Positions 8,583 to 16,695 of a stretch of 45,632 nucleotides of DNA are shown piece by piece (positions within the stretch are counted from its first letter, which is position 1; the number at the start of each line of letters is the position of its first letter). A program made the position numbers and the translations under genes. The notes under the pieces were generated by a model that was not told where the DNA came from, searched no databases, and saw only the letters and a list, made by a program, of their open reading frames with translations. The DNA is from Acidobacteriota bacterium (GTDB lineage Bacteria > Acidobacteriota > Terriglobia > Terriglobales > Acidobacteriaceae). Where the stretch lies: positions 1-45,632 of the forward strand of contig QIAR01000216.1 of NCBI GenBank assembly GCA_003225595.1. The letters are read 5' to 3'.

Positions 8583-10166
8583 GTGAGCACCCGCACAAAC
8601 CATCCCATCCCCACCGCCGCGGCCAGCGACTGGGAGATTGCCACCCATCAAGACAAAGAACTAGTTAAGGCACTCGGGCTGACCAGTGCCACTATGCTGG
8701 TCATAGGGTCGATGATTGGCTCGGGTATCTACATTGTTTCAGCGGAGATTTCCCGTGAGGTGAACTCGCCTGCCCTGCTAATCGGAGCCTGGCTGGTCAC
8801 CGGTTTCCTGACCATAGTGGGTGCGCTCAGCTACGGTGAGTTGGCGGCGATGATGCCCCGGGCTGGTGGCCAATACGTTTATCTGCGCGAATCACTGGGA
8901 CCACTTTGGGGCTTTCTGTACGGCTGGACACTATTTCTGGTGATCCAGACCGGTACGATTGCTGCAGTGGGCGTAGCTTTCGGCAAGTTTCTCGGTATCT
9001 TCTTTCCTTCCATCTCCTCCTCGCACTGGATCCTGCACTTCTGGAAGGTACCGCCGATTCACGTGGGCCAGATGGTACTCGGCAACATGGACGTGGGCCT
9101 GAACACTCAAAACCTGGTTGCCATTTTGGTTGTAGTCGCGCTCTCCGTGATTAATATTTTCGGCATCAAGACCGGCGCTTTCATTCAGAACATCTTCACC
9201 TTCGCTAAAACCTCGGCGCTGTTGGCGCTTGTGATTCTGGGGCTGTTCATCGGCAGAAATGCGCAAGCAATCGCCGCCAACTTTAGCGATTTCTGGCGAA
9301 ATGCAGGACTGAGCGCGCAACATACCGTGCAGGTGGGCGTCGGCGGGCCGATTTCCTTGGTGGGAACCCTGACCATCCTCGCCGTGGCCCAGGTCGGTTC
9401 GCTCTTTTCCGCCGACGCCTGGAATAACGTGACGTTTACCGCCGGGGAGGTGAAAAATCCGAGCCGCAACCTGCCGCTCTCGCTAGCCTTGGGAACAGGC
9501 ATTGTAATTGCCCTCTACGTCGCCGCCAACGTGATTTATCTCAACGTGCTGCCCCTTGATGGAAGTCCGAATGGGGCAACCATCATGGAACGCGGCATCA
9601 AATATGCCACCGAAGACCGCGTCGCCACGGCAGTGATGACGCAGATGTTCGGTTCAATGGGCGGATCGCTGATGGCGGTTGCCATCATGCTTTCCACTTT
9701 CGGGTGCTGCAACGGTCTCATCCTGGCGGGGGCACGGGTCTACTATGCCATGGCCAAGGACAGGCTGTTCTTCCGCGAAGTCGCCCGGCTGCATCCTACT
9801 TATAAAACGCCGGCGCTCTCGCTCATGATCCAGATGGTGTGGACGTGCGTGCTATGTCTTTCGGGAACTTACGGACAGCTACTCGATTACATTATCTTTG
9901 CCGTACTGGTGTTCTACATAATGACAATTTTTGGGCTGTTTGTGCTGCGGCGGACGCACCCGGACGCGGAGCGCCCCTATCGCGCCGTTGGCTATCCGGT
10001 GCTGCCCGCTATTTATATTCTGATGGCATTGTTTATTGATGTCGTACTATTGCGCTATAAGCCACAGTACACTTGGCCGGGACTGATCATCGTGCTGCTG
10101 GGCATCCCGGTGTACTACTTGTGGTCAAGGCACTCCCGTGACGCAGCCGCAGGCACGTCAGGATAA
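8583..10166 (+). CDS. APC-superfamily amino acid permease (LAT/SteT-like)
   Basis: About 12 predicted TM helices. The N-terminal motif LTSATMLVIGSMIGSGIYIV fits the family. The preferred start is GTG 8583, 5 nt after AAGGAGAG. The ORF is open from 8550. Confidence 0.8.
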   Translation: MSTRTNHPIPTAAASDWEIATHQDKELVKALGLTSATMLVIGSMIGSGIYIVSAEISREVNSPALLIGAWLVTGFLTIVGALSYGELAAMMPRAGGQYVYLRESLGPLWGFLYGWTLFLVIQTGTIAAVGVAFGKFLGIFFPSISSSHWILHFWKVPPIHVGQMVLGNMDVGLNTQNLVAILVVVALSVINIFGIKTGAFIQNIFTFAKTSALLALVILGLFIGRNAQAIAANFSDFWRNAGLSAQHTVQVGVGGPISLVGTLTILAVAQVGSLFSADAWNNVTFTAGEVKNPSRNLPLSLALGTGIVIALYVAANVIYLNVLPLDGSPNGATIMERGIKYATEDRVATAVMTQMFGSMGGSLMAVAIMLSTFGCCNGLILAGARVYYAMAKDRLFFREVARLHPTYKTPALSLMIQMVWTCVLCLSGTYGQLLDYIIFAVLVFYIMTIFGLFVLRRTHPDAERPYRAVGYPVLPAIYILMALFIDVVLLRYKPQYTWPGLIIVLLGIPVYYLWSRHSRDAAAGTSG

Positions 10167-10186
10167 CTGCTAAGGAGAAGCAACGG

Positions 10187-11806
10187 ATGTCGAACCTGTT
10201 AGCTAGAAAGCCGCTGCACATGCTGATGGAGGAAGCCCGCGAGACGGGCGAACACAGCCTGAGGCGGACGCTCGGGCCGGTGCAACTGACGGCGCTGGGC
10301 GTCGGCGCGATTATCGGCGCTGGCATTTTTGTGTTGTCCGGGCTCGGGGCGCACTACGCAGGACCGGGACTGATGCTGTCCTTCGTGTTGTCGGGCTTTG
10401 GGTGCGCGTTCGCGGGGCTATGCTACGCAGAGTTCGCGGCCATGATTCCCCTGGCAGGGAGCGCGTACACCTATGCATACGCGACGTTGGGAGAGCTGTT
10501 TGCCTGGATTATCGGATGGGACCTGACACTCGAGTATGCGATGGGCGCGAGCACAGTGTCTTCGGGTTGGTCGAACCACTTCGTTGAGCTCCTGAACATC
10601 TTTCATCTCAAGATGCCGTTATGGCTGGCGTACGACCACTGGACGGCGCTGCGCACGGCCGAGAAGATTGTGGCCCGGCAGATGGCGCAGATCTCGGACC
10701 CGTCGCTCGTGCCTGGCACGCAAGCCTTCTTGAACAAAGTTACTTCCATTATGTCTGCAGGATCTCCCGAACTGGCACAACGCGCGCATGCGATGCTTGG
10801 CGCTCCCAACGTTTTTGGCGTGGAGATCGGCTTCAACCTGCCCGCGTTCTGCATTGCGCTGATCATCACCGCGATCCTGGCGATTGGCATCCGGGAGAGT
10901 GCGCGATTCAACGCAGTGATTGTCGCGATCAAAGTGTCGGTTGTGTTGTTTGTGATCGGTTTGGGCATCAGGTACGTGAACGCAGCGAACTGGGGCCACG
11001 ACTGGGCATCGTTCGCGCCCAACGGCCTCTCGGGCATTGGGGCAGGGGCGGCGTACATCTTCTTTGCCTATATCGGATTCGATGCGGTTTCGACGACAGC
11101 GCAAGAGGCGAAGAATCCACAGCGCGATCTGCCGATCGGGATCATCTCCTCGCTGTTCGTCTGCACCGTGCTGTATATCCTGGTGGCGTGTGTGCTGACC
11201 GGAATGGTACCGTGGCAAGAAGTGAACATTGAAGCCCCGATCGCGCGGGCGTTCATGGACCGGGGGCTGGCGACGGCGTCGCACGTGATCACCATTGGGG
11301 CACTGGCGGGGCTGACAAGCGTCATGCTGGTGATGCTGCTGGGGCAAACGCGCGTGCTCTACGCAATGGCAAACGATGGACTGCTACCAAAGAAATTCTT
11401 CGCGGCTGTCCATCCAAGGTTCCGCACTCCATGGAAGAACACGATCCTGGTGGGCTTACTGGCTGCCATCGTGGGGAGCCTGACTCCAATAGATGATATC
11501 GGCAAGATGGTTAATATTGGTACGCTCCTGGCCTTCGTCATCGTGTCATTGGCCGTGCTTGTATTGCGGCGGACTAACCCAAGTCAGCCACGGCCATTCC
11601 GCACGCCCTGGGTGCCATTTGTGCCGGTTCTGGGGATTCTCACCAACGGCTACATGATGTACAAGCTGGGATGGATCAACTGGGCACGACTCATCATCTG
11701 GTTGGCCATCGGCCTGGTGATCTACTTCACTTACAGTCGTCACCATAGCCATGTACAGTCGCTGGTTACCGCTGAGCCCAAGGCCCCAAAAGTCATGGCG
11801 GATTGA
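10187..11806 (+). CDS. APC-superfamily amino acid permease (cationic amino acid transporter/YfnA-like)
   Basis: 539 aa and polytopic. The motif LGPVQLTALGVGAIIGAGIFVLSG is typical of CAT-type permeases. AAGGAGAAG lies upstream. Confidence 0.8.
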   Translation: MSNLLARKPLHMLMEEARETGEHSLRRTLGPVQLTALGVGAIIGAGIFVLSGLGAHYAGPGLMLSFVLSGFGCAFAGLCYAEFAAMIPLAGSAYTYAYATLGELFAWIIGWDLTLEYAMGASTVSSGWSNHFVELLNIFHLKMPLWLAYDHWTALRTAEKIVARQMAQISDPSLVPGTQAFLNKVTSIMSAGSPELAQRAHAMLGAPNVFGVEIGFNLPAFCIALIITAILAIGIRESARFNAVIVAIKVSVVLFVIGLGIRYVNAANWGHDWASFAPNGLSGIGAGAAYIFFAYIGFDAVSTTAQEAKNPQRDLPIGIISSLFVCTVLYILVACVLTGMVPWQEVNIEAPIARAFMDRGLATASHVITIGALAGLTSVMLVMLLGQTRVLYAMANDGLLPKKFFAAVHPRFRTPWKNTILVGLLAAIVGSLTPIDDIGKMVNIGTLLAFVIVSLAVLVLRRTNPSQPRPFRTPWVPFVPVLGILTNGYMMYKLGWINWARLIIWLAIGLVIYFTYSRHHSHVQSLVTAEPKAPKVMAD

Positions 11807-11829
11807 GAGCTTTTCCACACACTTCACGT

Positions 11830-11864
11830 GGCCTTCCGCACAGCGCGGAGGGCCTTTTTGTTTT
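11830..11864 (+). terminator. rho-independent terminator after the second permease
   Basis: 10-bp stem GGCCTTCCGC / GCGGAGGGCC (one G-U pair) with loop ACAGC, followed by TTTTTGTTTT. Confidence 0.7.
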
Positions 11865-11893
11865 ATAGTCGTTAGCCGTTGCCCCGGATTTGG

Positions 11894-11953
11894 CATCCGG
11901 CATTCCGGGTCCGGTATCCGGAAAAGCGGAAGCCCGAAGCCCGAAGCCCGAGC
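11894..11953. repeat. two adjacent short tandem arrays: (C/T)AT(T)CCGG-like x4, then (GAAGCCC)x3
   Basis: CATCCGG CATTCCGG GTCCGG TATCCGG (11894-11920). GAAGCCC occurs at 11929, 11936 and 11943, followed by GAGC. The arrays lie between the terminator and the K+ channel start. Confidence 0.8.
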
Positions 11954-11971
11954 AACTAACCACTCTCCTTC

Positions 11972-12970
11972 ATGAAGGCTCTTCGTCACCTCCGACTCAT
12001 TGGCATCGCCCTCGCTTGCGTGGTGCTGGCCGGGACAGCAGGGTTCCACTTCATCTTTGGTTGGCAATGGCTGGATGCTTTCTACATGGTGGTGACAACC
12101 TTGACCACCATCGGATATCAGGAGATCCACCCGCTCTCGAGCGGCGGGCGCGTGTTCAACCTGGCGCTCATTTTTTTTGGTGTGGCACTGGTCTTCCTCT
12201 CGATCGGGGCGCTCACGCAAGCTTTGCTAGAATTCGAACTTCGCAGCTTCTTCGGAAGGCGCAAAATGGAACGCGATATCGGTCGCCTCACCGACCACTA
12301 CATCATCTGCGGCGCGGGACGCGTGGGGCGTAGTGCGGCGCGCGAATTGGCGCGCAGGCCGGTACCGTTCGTCATCATCGAGCAGAACGAGGCCAAGGCC
12401 CAGCGTTACGGTGATGACTGGCTCACTCTGGTGGGGGACGCCACCCAGGAGCAAACGCTGCGTCAGGCACAGATTGACCGTGCACGCGGCCTCGTCGCAG
12501 CTACCACCACGGACGCTACGAATCTCTACATCGTCCTCACCGCACGTGGCTTGAATCCTCGGCTAAAGATCATTGCCCGCGCGAGTGAAGAGGATGCCGA
12601 GAAGCATCTGCTGACCGCCGGTGCAGATTCCGTTGTTTCCCCATATTCATTTGCCGGACACCGTATTGCGCAGTCATTCCTGCGACCGCACGTGGTCAGC
12701 TTCCTCGATACCGCAACCACTCACCTTGGCATGGATCTCGAGATCGGTGAAATCTGCGTTGGCCATGACTCCACCTTCGCCGGAAAAACCATTGAGGGTT
12801 CGCGAATTCGCCAGGATCGTGGCGTCATTATTCTTGCCATTAAGCGCGAATTGGGAATGCGATTCAATCCATCGCCCGATGATCGAATTGAGCCCGGCGA
12901 TTACCTGATTGCCATGGGAGAACCCTCCCAGCTCCGGCAATTGGAACAGATGGCGGCCGCCAGGGTATGA
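11972..12970 (+). CDS. 2TM potassium-channel-family protein with RCK (TrkA-N/TrkA-C) domains
   Basis: 332 aa. It has two TM helices flanking a pore helix/filter (FYMVVTTLTTIGYQEIHP), then a Rossmann-type RCK domain (HYIICGAGRVGRSAAREL) and a TrkA-C-like domain. Confidence 0.8.
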   Translation: MKALRHLRLIGIALACVVLAGTAGFHFIFGWQWLDAFYMVVTTLTTIGYQEIHPLSSGGRVFNLALIFFGVALVFLSIGALTQALLEFELRSFFGRRKMERDIGRLTDHYIICGAGRVGRSAARELARRPVPFVIIEQNEAKAQRYGDDWLTLVGDATQEQTLRQAQIDRARGLVAATTTDATNLYIVLTARGLNPRLKIIARASEEDAEKHLLTAGADSVVSPYSFAGHRIAQSFLRPHVVSFLDTATTHLGMDLEIGEICVGHDSTFAGKTIEGSRIRQDRGVIILAIKRELGMRFNPSPDDRIEPGDYLIAMGEPSQLRQLEQMAAARV

Positions 12971-14541
12971 AGATCGTCACTGCGGCTGAAACGCGCGAGA
13001 TCGATCGCCTCACCAGCGAACGCTTCGGCGTTCCTGCGCTCACGCTCATGGAAAATGCGGGAACCGCAGTGGCGGAGGTTGTGCTCGCAGAATATCCTTC
13101 CGCGCGTCGCCTAGGCATTATCTGCGGGAAAGGTAACAACGGTGGCGATGGTTTTGTAGCTGCGCGAAAGCTGCACGAAGCGGGCAGGGAAGTGCAGGTG
13201 TTGCTGCTGGCGGATCCTTCCGAGCTGCGCGGTGATGCAGCGGAGATGTTTAAGAGGCTTCCAGTCTCGCCCATCTTTGCGAAATCAGGGGATGACTTAA
13301 AAAGCGAGAGGGCGCGCGCGGTATTCGAGGCGGACGTGCTCGTCGACGCGATCCTCGGAACGGGTTTTCGCCCGCCCGTTCGCGGACTTTACGCCGAGGC
13401 TATCGCCGCTATCAATGCAAGCTCTGCTCCGGTAATCGCTGTGGATATTCCCTCCGGCGCCGATGCCGATGTAATGGGCGAACAGACCGGCGCAGTCGCG
13501 CGTGCGGATGCGGTCGTTACCTTTACTGCTCCGCGTCCAGCGCACGTGTTCGGACTCGTAGCCAACGGTCCGATTCTGGTTGCGCCCATCGGATCGCCCG
13601 ATGACGCAATCGTTTCTGACCTACGACTCAATGTCACGACCGCGAAGGACATTGCGCCGCTGATCGGACCGCGTCCCGCTGCCGCAAACAAGGGCGACTT
13701 CGGCCACGTTCTGGTGATCGGCGGTTCGCTGGGTAAGGCCGGGGCAGCAGCCATGGCAGGCATGTCCGCGTTGCGTGCGGGCGCAGGCTTGTCTACGGTA
13801 GCGACGCCGAAATCCGTGCTGCCCACCGTAGCCGGATTTCATCCCGAATTGATGACAGAGCCGCTGGAAGAAACGGGAAACGGGACCATCTCGCTGCGGG
13901 CCCTGGACTACGAGCGCCTGGACGCGCTGGTCGAGCACAAGACCGTGCTTGCGATCGGCCCCGGAATCTCGCGGAGTGTCGAAACCGCGGAAGTCGTACA
14001 CACCGTGGTGAACAGATATAAAGTTCCAATGGTCGTGGACGCGGATGGTCTCAATGCTTTCCAGGGCTGCACGGAAAAGCTCGATGGCGGGGGACGTCCG
14101 CTGGTCATTACTCCCCATCCCGGCGAAATGGCACGGCTGGTGGGTTCGACAGCAGTTGCGGTTCAGCGCGACCGGCTTCAGGTGGCCCGAACGTTTGCCC
14201 GTGAACACAACTTAATCGTCGTACTCAAGGGTCATCGTACTTTGATTGCTCAGCCCGACGCTACTGTCTGGGTGAACACCACCGGAAATCCAGGCATGGC
14301 GACCGGCGGCACGGGCGACATTCTCACCGGCATGATTGCGGGTTTCATTGCGCAGAATCCCATGCGTGTTTTCGAAGCTGTGATTGCGGCAGTTCATCTG
14401 CACGGTCTTGCGGGCGACATCGCGCGCGAAACTATGGGAGAGCAGTCGCTGGTGGCAACCGATCTCGTCAAAACCTTGCCTGAAGCAATCCGACGCGCGC
14501 GGCGTAACGCGCAAGAGAAGCTGGCGAAAATCTGCGGCTGA
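12967..14541 (+). CDS. nnr: bifunctional NAD(P)H-hydrate repair enzyme (epimerase / ADP-dependent dehydratase)
   Basis: 524 aa. It has a YjeF_N domain (GKGNNGGDGFVAARKL) and a C-terminal carbohydrate-kinase-like domain (GHVLVIGGSLGKAGAAAMAG, GGTGDILTGMIAG). The start overlaps the upstream stop (ATGA). Confidence 0.85.
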   Translation: MKIVTAAETREIDRLTSERFGVPALTLMENAGTAVAEVVLAEYPSARRLGIICGKGNNGGDGFVAARKLHEAGREVQVLLLADPSELRGDAAEMFKRLPVSPIFAKSGDDLKSERARAVFEADVLVDAILGTGFRPPVRGLYAEAIAAINASSAPVIAVDIPSGADADVMGEQTGAVARADAVVTFTAPRPAHVFGLVANGPILVAPIGSPDDAIVSDLRLNVTTAKDIAPLIGPRPAAANKGDFGHVLVIGGSLGKAGAAAMAGMSALRAGAGLSTVATPKSVLPTVAGFHPELMTEPLEETGNGTISLRALDYERLDALVEHKTVLAIGPGISRSVETAEVVHTVVNRYKVPMVVDADGLNAFQGCTEKLDGGGRPLVITPHPGEMARLVGSTAVAVQRDRLQVARTFAREHNLIVVLKGHRTLIAQPDATVWVNTTGNPGMATGGTGDILTGMIAGFIAQNPMRVFEAVIAAVHLHGLAGDIARETMGEQSLVATDLVKTLPEAIRRARRNAQEKLAKICG

Positions 14542-14736
14542 CAATTCTTGCCAGTTCTTCTCACGTGCTTTCGATTTCATCATGTCCGTCCGGACATTAT
14601 CGCGTTGCACAACAGTCCTAAAGGATTGCTTGGCAGGCAATTAGGTGTTTGTTTCAAGAATTGTAACGTTGGAATCTGGACAAGTGCTTCCGTAACCTGT
14701 GACCCAGGTCCGCACGGTGACATAGTCTAAAGCCGT

Positions 14737-15132
14737 ATGACGCATTTTCCCCAAACCCATCCACAGCGGCGCGCAGCGCGGGTACAGCTAGGGGGGTCAG
14801 TCCTGGCTGCCATCCGGTTGGAAGACGGCCAGCGTGCTCGAGGTCAACTCCAAAGCATCTCTGTCACAGGTGGCCTGTTGGCTCTGGCCAAGGCGCTGGA
14901 GCACGGCGATTTCATCGAGATTGCCTTCCAGACAAGCTCTGGCCAGGTCCACGGCATGGCGGAGATGCTGAATCCAGCGCGGCAGTACAGCAACGGATGC
15001 CTGCAGCCATTCCGCTTCATCGCCATAGGCGACGAGGATCATCGCAAGCTGCGTATGGCGGTGGAGTCAGTGATGGACCGCAATTTTCTCGGGGGACGGT
15101 TGAATCAGCCTTCGGCGCCTAAGGGCCTCTAG
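14737..15132 (+). CDS. small PilZ-like domain protein (putative c-di-GMP binding)
   Basis: 131 aa. An RRAAR (RxxxR) motif near the N-terminus is followed about 25 aa later by SISVTGG, a degenerate form of the (D/N)xSxxG motif. No clear RBS is present. Confidence 0.45.
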   Translation: MTHFPQTHPQRRAARVQLGGSVLAAIRLEDGQRARGQLQSISVTGGLLALAKALEHGDFIEIAFQTSSGQVHGMAEMLNPARQYSNGCLQPFRFIAIGDEDHRKLRMAVESVMDRNFLGGRLNQPSAPKGL

Positions 15133-15196
15133 GTTCCTATAGCTCGCGGTTTCTCCGCCCAAAGTAAGGTCTCGCTATACTGGTCTGCGCACCGGC

Positions 15197-15625
15197 ATGA
15201 TGCGAGAGGTCACGACCCACTCGGCCGAGGAGACGATCGCCTTCGGGCGCACATTGGCGGAGACGCTCGCCCCGCCGAAACTCGTAGTCTTGCGCGGCGA
15301 GTTAGGTTCGGGCAAGACTACGCTCGTCAAAGGCATCGCTGAAGCATTCCACGCCGCTTCCGAAGAGGATGTCACCAGTCCCACCTTCACACTGGTGCAC
15401 GAGTACAGGAGTCCCCGGGTCAATGTTTATCACATTGACCTTTATCGCGTAGATACTCAGCGTGAACTGGAGACGCTGGGTCTCGACGACCTGATTGCCG
15501 AAAACAGCGTTCTACTGATTGAGTGGGGGGAGAAATTCCCCCGTTTCGAGCGCGAGAGAGATGTGGAGATCGTCCTAGAACGAGTGGGGGAGAGCGAGCG
15601 ACGCATCCGGATCACCGGCCGCTGA
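15197..15625 (+). CDS. tsaE: tRNA t6A37 biosynthesis ATPase TsaE
   Basis: 142 aa. It has a P-loop GELGSGKTTLVKGI plus SPTFTLVHEY and YHIDLYR, the characteristic TsaE/YjeE blocks. Confidence 0.85.
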   Translation: MMREVTTHSAEETIAFGRTLAETLAPPKLVVLRGELGSGKTTLVKGIAEAFHAASEEDVTSPTFTLVHEYRSPRVNVYHIDLYRVDTQRELETLGLDDLIAENSVLLIEWGEKFPRFERERDVEIVLERVGESERRIRITGR

Positions 15626-15690
15626 GTGCCGAATAATAGGTTGTTCCGATCGTAGAGCTGTCGAACCATTGTCGGCAAGCCAGTTGGCCG

Positions 15691-15795
15691 CCACTAACCA
15701 CTGACGACTGAAGAGATAAGTGTGCATTGATACTGATTTCTGACCAGTAGTGGCCACTGACGTCCGACCACTGAGAACTGAGAACGGAGAACTGC
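15691..15795. repeat. two blocks of heptamer repeats (CCACTAA CCACTGA CGACTGA; CCACTGA CGTCCGA CCACTGA GAACTGA GAACGGA GAACTGC)
   Basis: The blocks are at 15691-15711 and 15754-15795. The second block ends 2 nt before the fabI stop codon (TCA at 15798-15800 on the plus strand). Confidence 0.8.
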
Positions 15796-15797
15796 TT

Positions 15798-16568
15798 TCA
15801 AAACCCCATGATGTTGTAGCCACAATCCACGTAAATGACCTCGCCGGTGATGCCAGAGCTGGCGTCCGAAGCGAGGAACACGCCAGTCGCACCGATCTCG
15901 TTCACATCCACATTACGCTTCAGGGGAGCACGCTCGGCGTGGGCTTTCAGCATTTCACTAAAATCAGAAATCCCGCGCGCAGCCAGAGTCTTAATGGGGC
16001 CGGCAGAGATGGCGTTCACGCGAATGTTGTGCTTGCCTAAGTCGTACGCCAGATAGCGCACCGTGCACTCCAATGCCGCCTTGGCCACGCCCATCACGTT
16101 ATAGCGGGGAACTACTCTCTCTGCGCCGTAGTAGGTCATGGTGATGATGCTGCCACCGTCTTCCATCAGCGGTGCGGCGGCGCGGGCGAGCGAGACCAAC
16201 GAGTACACGCTAATATCGTGAGCAATGCGGAAGCCTTCGCGCGTTGTGTTTACAAAATCCACTTTCAATTCTTCAGCCGGAGCGAATGCCACGCTATGGA
16301 CCAGCGCGTGAAGTTTGCCATAGCGCCGCTTCAATTCTCCAAACAGCTGGTCGATTTCTTCATCTTTCGAAACATCGCACATGAATGCTTCGGCGCCCGG
16401 GAGAGAAAGGATGAGGTCCTTGGCTTCCTGCTCCAGACGCTCGTTCTGGTAGGTGATGGCGAGCTTGGCGCCTGCCTTGTGCAGTCCCTGCGCAATCGCC
16501 CAGGCGATGCTGCGCTTGTTCGCTACTCCGAAGACAACGGCGTTTCGACCATCAAGGTTGGACGTCAT
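15798..16568 (-). CDS. fabI: enoyl-[acyl-carrier-protein] reductase (NADH), FabI type
   Basis: 256 aa from ATG 16568, with RBS AGGAGA upstream. It starts MTSNLDGRNAVVFGVANKRSIAWAIA and has the FabI Tyr/Lys region (MTYYGAERVVPRYNVMGVAKAALE). The longer ORF to 16694 has a nonsensical N-terminus. Confidence 0.85.
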   Translation of the reverse strand: MTSNLDGRNAVVFGVANKRSIAWAIAQGLHKAGAKLAITYQNERLEQEAKDLILSLPGAEAFMCDVSKDEEIDQLFGELKRRYGKLHALVHSVAFAPAEELKVDFVNTTREGFRIAHDISVYSLVSLARAAAPLMEDGGSIITMTYYGAERVVPRYNVMGVAKAALECTVRYLAYDLGKHNIRVNAISAGPIKTLAARGISDFSEMLKAHAERAPLKRNVDVNEIGATGVFLASDASSGITGEVIYVDCGYNIMGF

Positions 16569-16622
16569 GCATGTCTCCTGAAGAAATGGGAAGCAGAAAG
16601 GATAGCAGCTTATGTAAGGAAG

Positions 16623-16687
16623 GCAGAAGTAAGAATGCAGATTGCAGAAGTCAGATTTGAGCCTGCAATCTGACTGCTTACTTCCGC
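16623..16687. promoter_or_regulatory. long imperfect inverted repeat between the MFS gene stop and the fabI start
   Basis: The arms are GCAGAAGTAAGAATGCAGATTGCAG (16623-16647) and CTGCAATCTGACTGCTTACTTCCGC (16663-16687). Perfectly complementary cores are CAGATTGCAG/CTGCAATCTG and GAAGTAAG/CTTACTTC. The spacer is 15 nt. Confidence 0.6.
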
Positions 16688-16695
16688 AAGCCAAA

